Source of the DNA: Ascidiella aspersa
Taxonomy: Eukaryota
Reading direction: 5' to 3'
Assembly (NCBI GenBank): GCA_963924565.1
Contig: OZ004608.1
Span: 5,394,001-5,458,000, forward strand
DNA: 64,000 bases
The translations under genes and the position numbers were made by a program. The notes under the pieces were generated by a model, which searched no databases, had not been told where the DNA came from, and saw only the letters and a list, made by a program, of their open reading frames with translations. Numbering within the stretch: the first letter of the stretch is position 1; the number at the start of each line of letters is the position of its first letter. Positions 38,401 to 51,809 of the stretch are shown piece after piece.

Positions 38401-41370
38401 AGAAATCAAAACTTAAGACTTTGGCAAACACAAGCACGAATTTAAATAATTTTAGCCAAGTATGCGTAAAGTTTCCGCAATTTTAAGTATTCGAAAAATC
38501 TTGAGCAGAAAAAATCTCAATAAATCTAATCATACAAAAGTCTGGCATTACCCTAAAACTGCCACGTTATAGTTTGGTTCACGACCTATGGGTGGGGAAC
38601 AAATGATTCCACGCGTTCTGAGTTACTTTATTCTGTCGTTATAATAATCTTTATGACTTCCCTTAACAACGCGCATGCATGGTTTTCCAAACAACCTTAG
38701 TTTTTTGAAACTTTTGTGCATTAAGTCCTTCTGAAACAGTCGCTTATTATCATTGCTGTTTTGAAGCAAAAACCTATAAAAATCGTTAGCCAATACAGCA
38801 TATCGAAAAATTGGAACTTCAGCGTTTGCTTCTCAAGTAAACTACGGAACAAAATTCGAAGCATACCAGCTTCGCTTAACTTGACTCATAAAACACTTCC
38901 CCTTTTCGTTTTTAAGGCATGACGTCAATGTCACATGGCGGCCACGCATCACTGAGCAGAGACATATCTGGTATACACTCAACACATTGCACGAAGCTCT
39001 TCAAAAGCAACAGGCCAGCGCTTTCTAAACGACATTTGTGCCATTTCCAAACTAAAGGTGGGGAACATTTAGCTGATTTATCTCCAATTGCCAAAAAAGT
39101 CAAAACAAACCTTAAAAGCGAGTTTTAAAAACAGTCGATTTGACCGAATTAACCAACTAAACTATAATGTAGTGCAAGGTTGGATTGAAGAGTTCAGTAA
39201 AAACGATTGTAAAGGCTACCCATTAAAGTTCTTATGATTGCACTGCCTACCCTCGAACTCCACATGCCTTTGTTACGGTTGGTGTAGCGCCTTATTTACA
39301 TTTTAACTCATTTCCTTTATTAAAACTGAATAATAAATACAACTTCTGAGCGCCTTTTGCAACAAGTATTATGCGGGAAACGATTTTTTATTCAGCTGAT
39401 ATTGCAGGGTTTAATTGTTCATCGCGGGTCTATTTATTTATTTTATTTCCCGTTCATATTCCATACTATGATCACAAAACCGCTTATATGACCAGAGGTA
39501 AAACGGAAATTCTTTTCGCGCTTCGCGCGAATCTCTTCTGTGTTGCTCGTATGTTCCACGCGATTTTTTTGGCAACTTGACGGACAAATAGCGTCCTTTG
39601 CTCAGTGGCACTCTCTCCAACGAAAGTTTAACAAACTTAGCCTAATATTTAAAATTTATATAAATATTACGTTAAGTTTGTTAAACTTTGTAGCACATCG
39701 GTAACTTAAAGTTTTAAAAAAGAAGAAAAAACCTATAGGTAAGTTTTTCGTACGAAATTTCAAGGTATTTTAATCTTAAGTTGTGGGTCAACGCGCCCAC
39801 AACTTAATAAACGCTAATATATCAAGCAATATACATTTTTAGTCGGTGCTCAATGCTTCACGTACCATCTAAATCTAAATTAAAGTTTGCATTTTCAAAC
39901 AAATATAGTCGCAAATTTTTCGCGCTCCGCGCGACGTTTCGTGACTCTCTTTAAATCAGACTTAAATTGCACGTTTTCGCACAACTCTAAACGTAATAAC
40001 AAATTGGTTGATTATTTGTTTTACACCGTCAGAGTATGACGTTATATCACCCCTGGTATATAGCCTCGTCAGTACAAAAGCCGAAATTTACAAGGCCGAT
40101 ACAGTCACTATATTAATCCCTAATTTGAATATGATCGCGTTTGGTATTTTACTTTACCTATGCTTGTTTTGTAGAAATATGCTGTTTTTAAAAAAATGTT
40201 ACCGCGGCACATTTCTTTTCCATTAAGAGTTTCCCCCAGTTGAATTTAAAACAGTAAATAAAACGAAACTATTGTTGGCTTTGATAGTTGTTTAGTTATG
40301 TTTTTCTTGCAATCGGTTCGGTTAGTTTGGTAACCGCTCGTCTTTCTGTTAAAGCAAATTGCACCGTCATTGTATTACTGTATGTTCGGACACGAACTCG
40401 CTTTCACTTTCTTCAATATAATGAGCTTCGGTGAAATTTATCTTCGCAGCAATGCAAGGTCTCTTTGCAAATTGGAATCAAACTAACAATCGCGGGGTAA
40501 CCTTTTGTTTTTAGTATGAATTGGTTTTTGATATCGATTCCAATAATTTTCTAGCAAAAAGTATTGCCATCTTATTACATGACAAATGACGCCATTTTAC
40601 ATTAGCGTTACCTTATACTTCCTATTTTTCAATTAAGTTTACTTAAAAACGATGGATCGTAAGTCAGGGTTAAAATGGGTAAATCGGTTTGTTTTGGGAT
40701 TTGACTCGACGCTGCCCAAGTATATGACGAGTACTGATATCACCACTCACGATTAGTTTATCTTCACCTAATAAATCGCAATGAATCGATATAATAATAA
40801 CTATACATAACTATGATATGACCGCAAACTCAGTTTACAGAATGAGAACAATCACGATAATTTAACAAGTAAACTTTATTGTTTAAGCAGCTACAATTTA
40901 TACACACTTGAATGTATAATGCGACAAAAAACAAACACATACATCTCATGAAATATTTACTATATCTCGGTTCGGTAATTCTATATCACTCAAATTTGTT
41001 ACTTGTGGTTATACACAACTATAGTGTAGGTGGTGAAAAGCTGTAGATGCCATAACCAATTGCAAAAATACTAAAGCACGGAGACGAGGCAATAAACATA
41101 TTAACGTTGAATGCGCAGTTATCTTTATATTGAAATTTCGTTGAAGAATGACTTTCGTTAGGTATTTCAAGAATCACATAACGACAAACTATGACTAATT
41201 ATTACAGGAGCACGATTAGGTAAGATTATTTGTTAAACAATAGACAGAAGCAAACGATTCGATACTGATAAACATTGTTAATCGCATATTTTTCAATATT
41301 GCGTTAAAAGCGGATATATCAAAGATCAGCGAATTAAAGTGTTGTATTTTGCTGCACAATGCGAAGATTG
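35470..41370. repeat. Paralogous or allelic copy of window 1-5942
   Basis: AACAGCACTTCAGCAG at 1 and 35470. Colinear with small indels, switching to an E-type 3' trailer near 40980. Confidence 0.95.
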
Positions 41371-41964
41371 CTACCAAGTATACTTCCATCCACCGGGGTT
41401 GACGCAACGGCTAACCCATCTCACCAAGCCAGGCCCGAAAGTTTTTGCCAAGTAAATGGCAGCTTCGTTCAAAGTAATTTCATTCGACGAAGTAATTAAA
41501 CCATGAACACCTTCACCAGAAACATCATATTGTTTCACCTTCACATGCGTCTCAACCTTCCAAGAGCCATTTGATTCCACATAACCGCAGCACTGTTCCA
41601 TTCCTTGGCCCCGAAGAGTGAAGGCGATATTCTTCATCATTATATCGCTGTAACCGGACACGAATTCGCTTTCACTTTTTTCAATCGAGTCAGCTTCGGT
41701 GAAAATTCGGTTTACAGCCCATTTCGCGTCTTTCCAGTAAGAAGGAATGGTCCGGCCGTCTGAGACCTTCAGCAACCCACAAGTTCCAGCCAGCTGATTA
41801 TCATCATAGTCGTCATTTTCGTCGTCGTTGTGAACCGGCCCAAACTCCACGTGCCACATTGTTCCGTCTACCATTCCCTTCTCCGAGTAAAAATCTTCGT
41901 TTCCGTTTTTGTATCGCGGTCGAATCCCCTCAACGGGAAAGGTGAAATGCCACACTTCCTCCAT
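41371..41964 (-). CDS. Orphan family type E copy 1, 197 aa, acidic loop (HNDDENDDYDDN)
   Basis: ATG at 41964, open frame, homology to the paralogs. Confidence 0.88.
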   Translation of the reverse strand: MEEVWHFTFPVEGIRPRYKNGNEDFYSEKGMVDGTMWHVEFGPVHNDDENDDYDDNQLAGTCGLLKVSDGRTIPSYWKDAKWAVNRIFTEADSIEKSESEFVSGYSDIMMKNIAFTLRGQGMEQCCGYVESNGSWKVETHVKVKQYDVSGEGVHGLITSSNEITLNEAAIYLAKTFGPGLVRWVSRCVNPGGWKYTW

Positions 41965-43932
41965 TATTATCTTTATCGGAACAGCAGCAAACAACAAATG
42001 AAAAGTGTTTTTTCACACAATTGAAAAATTCCTGCATGACCAAAAAAGTGGAACGAGTTGAAGCTAACTAAATGCAGCCAGAAAAGACTGAAAATAAGGC
42101 AAAACGATTCTGACTAAGAAAATGCTAAGCTTAAACCAGACATTTGAACCGAGAGGGATTTTAAGAACGGTTTTGAGTTAATTTTTTAAGTCTGAGCTGA
42201 TTTATGCGAGATTTTTGTGAGTCGAACTGGAAATATACGGAACCGTTGTATTAACAAATGGTCTTTCGGCTGTATAGCGTTGTTGAATCGATATACGATG
42301 TCGTATTGCTTATATATATATATGACGTCACGGCTGTGTGTCAACATTTGACGTCGCCTTCCAGCAAAAAATCGATTACGCCTTATAGCGATCCTAATTG
42401 TTGGTAAAAGGAACCTTGTCTTTAGGCAGTGGTAAAGTACGAGAGTGCCACAGTGGCCCGCAGAAAGTTGTTGAATTTGGTTATTCTCAGAATACGCCGG
42501 TTCGCTTACACCCTATATCAGTAGCATTTCAATATTAGCAATTCGAAAAGCCCCCAAAAAATTAGTGTAAGAACTACTATCAGCATGGGGTGAAACGACA
42601 TTTAAAGTCAGCGATTCTTAAACTGCGTGCCGTGAAAGTTTTGTAAGTTTGAAAAATAACTAATGTGTAACAAATAGGAAAATAGACAAGCATGCGGGCC
42701 TAAATGCACACTATCCACTACAAAATTAATGATAATTAGGCTATTGACTTATATACAGTGTGTTAGGGACAGTTGTATCGTGTTTTGCAGGGATTTTGAA
42801 CATTTTAGGGGACCGCAAACCAAAAAGTTTGAGAATAAAATTGCGTGTCTGCAATTTACGCCTACAAAGTCGGACAATTTCTCAATAAATGCATAAATTC
42901 AAACAACCTTCTAATAATCCTTTTTATCCCCGGTTTATTTTTAGATTGCAATTAAATGTCTTTTGATTTTTAGATTGCAATTATATAAGCCATCTCTTAC
43001 GACTAGTAGTTGCAAATTACCAACATAGCTAAAGCTTTTATTTGTTTTACGACGAAACCTTGCTCTCGTAAGAAAGAATGCTTGCGTTGTGCAATAAAAC
43101 AAATATTCATCTCGGGGCAAAGGGTATTTTGTAAGGCGGAGGTTAATATGACAAAAATAACTTCGTATTGACTTGAATAAGAGGTAACTAGTTTGAGCAA
43201 AAAAGGACAGATAAACTATACTAATTTTAACTATTGCAGTAACTATAATATCATTTTACTTTGATTTCAATATCTTTATGAGAAAAAGCGTAGAATCTAA
43301 AGGGGCAGAATTACATTTATTTATTTATTTATAAATTGAATAGCCGCAAACGCTTCACAAAGCTAACAGCTGTAAGTTTATGTCTATGGCTACATGCTAT
43401 GCGAACGCCAGACAACAGACCTTGTGTATATGTGTTGTAGGGTTACTGTTGGGGTAGGGTTTTTTTGCAAATTGGGATGGAACTAACAATCGCGAGGTTA
43501 CCTTTATTAATAGTATGTAGTGGGTTGCGATATTGATACCCAAGTTTTGGGGCAAAATGTACTGAATAAGTAACTTATTCCATGTCAAATGACGTCATTT
43601 ACATTAGCGTTACCTTATATTTAGTTACAATTTTATATTTAGTTTACACGCTACGTCACGCAGACGAGGCGATAAACATGCAAACGTTAAGTGAACAGTT
43701 ATCTTTATATTTAAATTTCGTAAAAGCAAGGTTTTCTTTAAGTATTTTAAGAAGCACATAACGAACAAATACAAATAACCATTTCAGGAGCACGATTAGG
43801 TAAGATTATGTGTTAAACAATAGACAGAAGCAAGCGATTCGATACATAAATAAACATTTTTAATCGCATCTGTTTCAATATTGCGTTAAAGCGGATATAT
43901 CAAAGATCAGCGAATTAAAGTGTTGTATTAAG

Positions 43933-44517
43933 CTAAGATTGCTGCCAAGAGTTTCTCCACCCTCCTGGATTGACGCAACGGCTAACCCATCTCACCAAGC
44001 CAGGCCCAAAAGTTTTGGCCAAGTAGCTGGTAGCTTGGGTCAAACCAATTTCATTCGCCGAAGTAATTAGACCGTGAACAGCTTCACCAGAAACATTATA
44101 ATGCGTCACCGCGCTATGCGTCTCAATCTTCCAAGAGACATTTGATCCTACATATGTTACGTCACGACCGCAGAACTGTTCCATTCCCTGGCCCCGAAGA
44201 GTGAAGGCAATGCTCTTCGTCATTTTATCGCTGTAATCAGATCGGAATGCAACTTCTTTATTTTCCGTGTCGCGAGCTTCTGTGAAAATTCGGTTTACAG
44301 CGGATTCCGCGTCATTCCAACAAGACGGAATGGGTTGGCCGTCTGACACCCTCAGCAATTCACAAGTTCCAGCCAACTGAGTACCACTGGCAGAAAACCT
44401 CACGTACCACATTTTTCCATCTAGCATCCCGCATTCCGAATACAACGCTTCGTTTCCGTTTTCGTACTGCGGTCGAATCCTCACAACAGGAAAGGTGAAA
44501 TGCCACACTTCCTGCAT
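43933..44517 (-). CDS. Orphan family type Q copy 2, 194 aa
   Basis: ATG at 44517; close paralog of 17271-17855. Confidence 0.88.
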   Translation of the reverse strand: MQEVWHFTFPVVRIRPQYENGNEALYSECGMLDGKMWYVRFSASGTQLAGTCELLRVSDGQPIPSCWNDAESAVNRIFTEARDTENKEVAFRSDYSDKMTKSIAFTLRGQGMEQFCGRDVTYVGSNVSWKIETHSAVTHYNVSGEAVHGLITSANEIGLTQATSYLAKTFGPGLVRWVSRCVNPGGWRNSWQQS

Positions 44518-46505
44518 TATTATCTTTATCGGAACAGCAGCAATCAACAAATAAATGTTTTTTTTTTTTTTTAACAATTGAAAAAATGCCTGCCTGATTA
44601 GAATAGTAGAGCGAGTTAAAGGTAAACAAATGCAGCGACACATTTGAGTCAGCCATTTTAGCTTTTAGCAAATAGGTTATTTTCCAACCGCTAAAATATC
44701 CTTGCAATAAGAAATAGAAGATGCTATTCACCTGGACGCGAAAGTAGTTACAATCGATATATAAATAGTCACGGGAGCAAGCGTAAAAAAGCGATACGGC
44801 CAAATAGCCTATAGGCACTTCCTAAGGCTATTTAACCGACCAATAAAGTAATTAAATCAATTTCGAAATAAGTCGTTGAAATTATTCAAAATTACCTAAA
44901 TTAAATGTAATACTACCACCTCTCAAACCCAAACCCTAAACCCAACCTTAATCGAAATCAATGAATAATCACGCATCCGGTCATACAGCCACTTCCTTAC
45001 GAAATTTTACTAAACGACAAAACAAACGTAGAAAACGCTTCTTTTTAATCGAAAGGTATAAAGCTAGATAAAGCCTCCGAGCACGAAACTTTTTTTCTAA
45101 AATCCTAAAAAGCACCATTAGTTTAAATACTTAAAAAACATTTGAAAATCGGTTCCATACGTTCCCTGTATAATCCCACCATTCGCCTGTGTGAAATAGC
45201 GCTTTTCAGCTTTTGCTTTTTTTCAGCTTTTTTGCGCCATATAGTGCAATCTTATCGTAGGTGCGTGTTGTTGACCTTACAAGTTTGCTTGACCTTAACG
45301 CGACGCCAACCCTAGCCAATCAGTGGCCTCTGAAAGAGGTCACGTGATTTAACTTGGCTTCACTTATTTCAAAATCACCGTTTCTTTTATGCGCCAAATC
45401 GCACAAACTGAATTTACTGTTAGAAAAATATGTCGACAAATTACCAATTTATGCAAAAGTTGAGTGCTGCGGAGTTGCCTTTAAAATTTCCGTTTAAGGA
45501 TTTTTTTGGAATATCGTCAGCTAAATGGCACATCTTAGCTGAAACTCCCAACTTAATTATATCGCTTGATTTCTGGCATCAGCTGCAGCCCGATACTATA
45601 GTCCATACAGCTGGCTCAGCTAGGCTCGGCTCGCAAATTAAAGTATATTTAGTTTTTCCACATAAAATGTTAAAATGTCAACTGTTAACAATGTTCACAC
45701 AGTTCTGGCACCGTGTGAGTTTTGTATGATACAAAAATAACTAAACGAATACAACTGGCGTTACCGGGTGAAATAGAGTATTTGCGGTGACTTATAAAGG
45801 ACTTCTAGCGTTGCCTCGGTGATATTAAATAAACACCACTGGGCGTTACAAATGCCTGATATCGGGTTTCTTCTCTCCATAGAAAAGAAGGTAGTGGAAC
45901 AAAAACACGCTACAAAGCTACACTAAACAACGAAGGCGTGCCCTGTCGAGCTGTTGAGAGTGTTGGCGAATAGACATCAATCTGCCGTGACCAAAAAATG
46001 ACTTCATCAGTACCACTTCACCACTATTGCACACTATGCTGTAACATATAACCTATACACGATAGAGCAAAGACGAAGTGAGCTACACAACAGGACAAAG
46101 AGATTGAGAAGCGCAATAAATCAAAACGCCACTTGGTTTAATGACTCTTTTGGTAAAGTGTCATTTCCACCGTTGGATGTCGCCCTTGAGTACAATTAAT
46201 TAACCGCGATCAAATGGCTGAACATTAATCTGGGCATGGCTGAACATTAATCGGTATTTCAAAAGCAAATTTTGCAAACGTTTGTTCAATGTGAACTGTT
46301 AGGCTACTATTAAATTCGTCTTAAGTTAATAGGAATTGATTAACAAATCAAGCCCGGAATCTTTGCATTGGGTACGAAATAGGAAGTGAAAGAACTAAAA
46401 ACTTAAGAACTCGCGAAATATTCCATCGTTATTCACTTCATAGTGGCCTACTATTCCACGAGAAAATATTTGAGATGAAATAACTTCTATATAACTTGTT
46501 TCTGT

Positions 46506-46805
46506 TTAATGTCGCCGACCGACTTGTTGCTGTTTAATGTCGCCGACCCCTATGAGATTTTTCTTTATAGCTGATTCGGCGTCTCGCGATTCGGACGGAA
46601 TGGCTTGTCCATCTCTCATCTTTATAAACTGGCAAGTTCCGGCCAATAGAGTACTGTCATTTGCGACTGGGGCAAACTTAATGTACCACATCTCGTAGCA
46701 GGCCATTCCGTCTTTCTCAGAGTAGAAGATTTCGTTTCCGAATTCGGAATCAAATGCCCTTTCCTCAATGGAACAGGTAAAGTGCCACACATTTGTGTCA
46801 GCCAT
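46506..46805 (-). CDS. Orphan family type B copy 2, 99 aa N-terminal-half protein (or truncated pseudogene)
   Basis: MADTNVWHFTCSIEERAFDSEFGNEIFYSEKDGM...LLAGTCQFIKMRDGQAIPS aligns to the first half of the family. A 28-bp-period duplication (TGTTTAATGTCGCCGACC twice) creates the end. Confidence 0.55.
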   Translation of the reverse strand: MADTNVWHFTCSIEERAFDSEFGNEIFYSEKDGMACYEMWYIKFAPVANDSTLLAGTCQFIKMRDGQAIPSESRDAESAIKKNLIGVGDIKQQQVGRRH

Positions 46806-47416
46806 TTTAGCTTTTAGCAAACAGGTTATTTTCCAACTGCTAAAATATCCCTGTCCTTATTTTATTTTAAGTTTCCCTGCATGTGGATTTTTGACACATG
46901 ATTTGTGATTTTAAAAAAGGAACTATTTTTCTTTTATAGCCCCATATTTTTAAAGCTCCTCTGAGAAAAACCGTGTTTCAAGTATAAGAGGAATCCCTTA
47001 AACCTTATGACCATATTTCTAGGGGGAGCTTAGGCAGAGGTAAAAGTAGAATTATCCCCCAAAAAAATTTCTAAGCGGAACGCATGGAACATTGCAAAGA
47101 TAGCGCACAAAGCTACGTTATTACACAAACACCCTTAAGAAACGTGGGTTCACAGTTCGATTTCATACAGATTAATATTATTTTTGTACATGGCGTTTTG
47201 AAAAATAAACATATTTTTACCAGAATCGGCGAAAAGGCAAAAATTATTTTTCCGAATAGCCGTTCCGGACTGTCCCGCTGCATTTCACTCTTGTGTTTAA
47301 ATTATCGAATCGAAATTTAGGCCTTTATTATTTGATCCTTGGGCTTTAGGTAAAATATTATACACAGATCCCTTGTTCAAAACAACGTGTTTATATTTTC
47401 ATGTTGCTCTTCACAG

Positions 47417-50400
47417 CCCTTGCTCATACTACTTCGGGATTGGAACGGCTGTAAAACAGGTTACGGATTTAGGGCAGGAGGCGAATATATGAAGACCAAG
47501 TTGGAGTCGAGCGATTTACCGATGGAGAACAGAGCCGCAACTGCGCAGTTCCTGGCAGCTTTCAGCAGATACGCGTGTTACGCTTTGCCCGAACCAGGCT
47601 CGGAAATTCGACACTCTGACGACCAGATTTCTTCGGATTATACAATACAAGGTGCGCCTTTTGGGATTTTAGCGATTTATGTGTGCAGGATAGGCACTTA
47701 TAGAAAATTGATAAAAAAATATGAGATAGATGGCATTCGCGCACAAAATACAAACTTCTGCAATCTCAAAAACCTTTTTATTTCTTTTTAAGCAACACAA
47801 AACATACGACGAAGGTAGTGACACCATGTCAATTAAATTTAAAGCGTATATAATGAATTCCATTGATTTGACGGATAACTTTTAGCATAACTTCTATAGC
47901 TGAACCACAAACCGTTATCAGAATAGTTTAACTACGACATTTATTAGATTTCATGCCCACAAAAGGAACAACGATAGTCCATAGTAAGTATCAGGCTTTT
48001 AAGCGGTAAACTATAACCCGCAAAAAACATACAGTATGTCATTAGCAGCGGAAATTTCGGAAGCGCTTTAAACAACGGACCACAAAAAACAACCAAGCAA
48101 AACAACCTGGGTGTGCTACGTCTTGTATTCACCTTTTCAACTAATTTTAACAAATGGAACTAGGAAACCTAACATGAGAATAAACTTTCCCGCTATCTCC
48201 AACGAACAAGCAGACCAGGCTTTTCAACGGTAAAACGATATCCTATAGAAGACTTGAATCACTTATAACCGCTTTCCTTAGCTTTGGATGCGGGGTCACA
48301 TCAACCTTGGATTTTAAAGGTCGTGGTAATAAGCCGGATTCCTAAACTTCTTCAAAAAGTCGTTTATATGTACCTTCTCTCGTTAAGTTGCCAGTCGATG
48401 TTATCGATTCAAAGGTAATTGCCACATTAAGGATGATGTATTAAATAAATTAACCGAACACGAAGTTACTTGCAGTGCAATTCAATGATTAGATTTAACA
48501 AATTAACCTTAAATTAGTATAAAAGCTCTTTTCAACAATGTTTTAATGTTTTACTTGAGCTCGGCGCCCCTAACGCTTCACTAAGTTGGCTTTGATACAG
48601 CGCCTTTTTTAACGTGAGTAATGACCGTGTTTGTTTGTTTTATCAAACTCGTACAAATCAGGGCTACGGGTTGAAAATAGTCTGAGTCAGACTCCCAAGT
48701 CCGATTAAAAAAAATGAAAGTTCAAACCCGGAGTATAAACATAGTTGAAAAATATTCCATCATATGCTTTTCCACCTTTGCAATCTTACTCTTTGCTGCA
48801 ATATCATTTTCGAAATTTGTTGCTGCGCATAAACACGTCAGTTTAGGTACTCGAATAGTCTTAGGTAACGTTATTCGAGTCACGGGTCCAACTCCAGCAA
48901 ACTTAACGGACTTTGTCATGTATGAAATCCAAATGTCGCTTTTCTGAGCGCTATATTAAATCGTGATTCCAAGTTGAGAAGACGAGCTTGTGCCTTTCAC
49001 AAAGTTGCTAGCGAATTAAGCTTAACAAGTATATTTATGTTATGAAATTTTATCGTGCCAATAGTTAACAAAAATAATTGCGTCGGCATTGATTACTAAG
49101 AAATACGAGTTCTTATTCACAATTTCAGGACTCAGCATGGGAATCCTGGAATTCGGGGAGTTATGGCCGCCTCTCCCACGAATAAACAGTCATTGTCTCT
49201 TTACAAATGTCAAACACAACACCCCCGCTTAACGTGGGTTGAAAACTTTCCTCGGTCGTTCGAAGGACACAATGATGTACATAATGCAACCGTGGTCAAC
49301 TAACAGGCGTTCCTCGCCTTTGTGATACACACCTGACAACAACGATAGCTTGGTTTGGATTACATTAGATTGACAAACAACATTGGGTTTAGAGGTCGCT
49401 TTGGTGGGAAAATGCCACAGGGCTAATTCATATATATATCCCCTTACAGGCCTTTTTTTATTTCTTGGTTGGTTTTTATTAGAGTTTCAACGGAAACGGT
49501 TAAACTATAGCCAAAGATCAGAATTAACAGAACTCCAAAATAGAGCTGAAGACTATACCCTTAATGTGCACCATATATTAACACACACCGCAACATTAAA
49601 CGGTTTTAAATCTAAGGAAACACGATCAAGTAAATCATTCACAAATTATAGACATCAAATGACGACAAACATCTTAGAAATACAGTTAATTTACTTTGGC
49701 TAATGTTTAGATGTCGGAGAGAAATTTCTCGAAAAAGTAGAAGAACTTGCTGAAACACTTTCACGTGAAATAACTCCGAAGAAATGCGGTTGGAATGTGT
49801 TGAAGGGAAAAGACCTCATTGGCAAATTTTTGCGCTAAACAACTGAAATCCCCTGATGCGAATGTGAAGAATAGCTTTTTGGAGATAAAGGTATGGCAAA
49901 ACAACATTAATCAAATTGTAAAAGTATAAAAGCTCCTCTTGGATAAACATTTGTTCTTTTTTTGTCATTAACCTGATGGAAACCTACCGGTCTAGGGAGT
50001 CGAAACGTAAGCAAAACAGAATACCAAAATTCAAAACTTGTTTAATGGAATAACAAACACGTATTTATGTGTGTTTTACTTTCAGTTTGGAACGAAGTTT
50101 AATTGTGTAAAAATCATTAACGGAGTAGTGGTCTCTAAATCAAACGTCACCAACCTTATTAATCCTGGTCATCATTTCTTGGGAACCGGAGTCATACCAA
50201 ATGTGCTGTATTTGACAACTCTCCTAAAACTACAAATTGCTTCGTTTTACTCTACATATTACTTCTAATTTGTTGTGTCACTCACGTACGTGAAGACACT
50301 GATTCAGGTGTTAAGTTGCGCTATTATTAAAACAGGATATGTTATGGCCTCATATGGTGCTTATAGGCCGTGGGCACTGTGTTGTTACCTCCGCCACAGC

Positions 50401-51809
50401 AATACACTCTAATATAAAACCTATTAACGTATAGCACAGTTATATTTTATTTTTACAGGGCAAACATGAGTATGAATTGGCACAGCTTTTTACCAAGTGC
50501 ATGAAAGAACTGAACACCACCCTAAAAGAGGTACGTTTGTTAAACATATTATGTGTGACCGTAAAACCTATTTTTGACTTGTTTGAAACATCATTTAGAG
50601 TCCGAACATCTTGACGAGAACACAAAGCACAAAATAAAAGGATTGTGCTCCAGGGAAGCCAAACGAAGGTTTAAAGACGCTTGTAATTCTACGAATCGCC
50701 ACGTACCTGAAAAAACAAGGTTATTTGACCAACTTGTGGAAAACCACATCCTTGAATTCTTCGACAATATGGAGGTGATTCTAGTTAGCAGATAATGAAC
50801 ACAAATGTTTCTTTGTTAGTTATTTTTTCTTTTTTAAGCAGAGTGCCAATCGTCATGGAGGAACAGATACAATTCACAGCTACACAGTCAGATACAACCC
50901 AAATATGCGAGCGGTGCGTTACAAGCTTTTAATGTAATATTTCCCAGACAATATTTGTATATTTGTCCACATTATAACAATAATGCATTTATATCCGAGA
51001 ATATATATTTTTTGGTTAAAAATAGTTAACTAAATAGCGTATATATGCTTATGTACCTTTGTGATAAAATAATCTTTTCTCCGATTTAAAACAAATTGTG
51101 CACATTTCACTATATATAGGGTCTTATATTATTTCTCATTCTCCCTTGATAAATATTGAGTATAGGCTATTATATTTGACGTGATTCAGACTGATAATGC
51201 CACGTGATTTGCCAAAAGATGTGACTAGCGTAATATATTACAGTTGATAAATAAACTACCAGTTAATATCCACTTGTGGTAAACTTGGCAAGCATTAAAA
51301 CTTAGGTAGCAGAAATTGGCCATATTAAGTTAATTTAAATATGTGACAAAAAAACGGTATTAATTAAAGAATTTTCCAAAGATAAAAATATTTCACTTCA
51401 GATCCTGGAAGAAAGGTTTGCCGGGAATCTCTTTGAAATTCACTCGGAGTACAAGCAAGAGATTCTTGGCGACTTTGCAGAAGCAGTCTACTGCAACTTA
51501 GACAGGGAAAACGGAAGGCAGCTGGAGCAAGTTATCGAGCAAAGCTACAAGCGAATATGGGGACCGCGCAACGCGATTCATTCTAGCGTCTACGCTCGTC
51601 CAGCCACAGAGAAGTCAGCCAACACTTCGGTTAGCGGTAGAGAAGTGAGCAGCGCCTACAGAGACTCGGCCCGCTACTTTCTTTTCGCACTGCTGGTGTC
51701 GCTTTTCTTTCTTCTCTTGCGCTCCGGCACAGCCTTGATTGAGGCGACGCTCTACGCCGCCAAGGCAACGTACAGGGCTGCTGCCAGGCGGGCTCGGCGT
51801 TGGTTTTAG
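47417..51809 (+). pseudogene. Atlastin/GBP-family GTPase copy 2: 3' exons (47417-47651, 49711-49890, 50459-50530, ~50599-50774, 50842-50913, 51402-51809); 5' exons deleted, frame defect
   Basis: PLLILLRDW... | DVGEKFLEKVEELAETLSREITPKK...(TAA at 49836; frame restored by removing one T from the run at 49827-49831)...NSFLEIK | GKHEYEL... | ...REAKRRFKDAC...FFDNME | SANRH... | ILEERF...YFLFALLVSLFFLLL...RRARRWF*. The junction at ~46947 deletes the equivalent of ~21428-23363. Confidence 0.8.

Noticed and set aside
49128-49335. GC-richer, exon-like stretch in a GTPase intron
   Set aside because: The minus-strand frames I translated hit stops and gave no recognisable protein, and the flanking GTPase exons join in phase without it.
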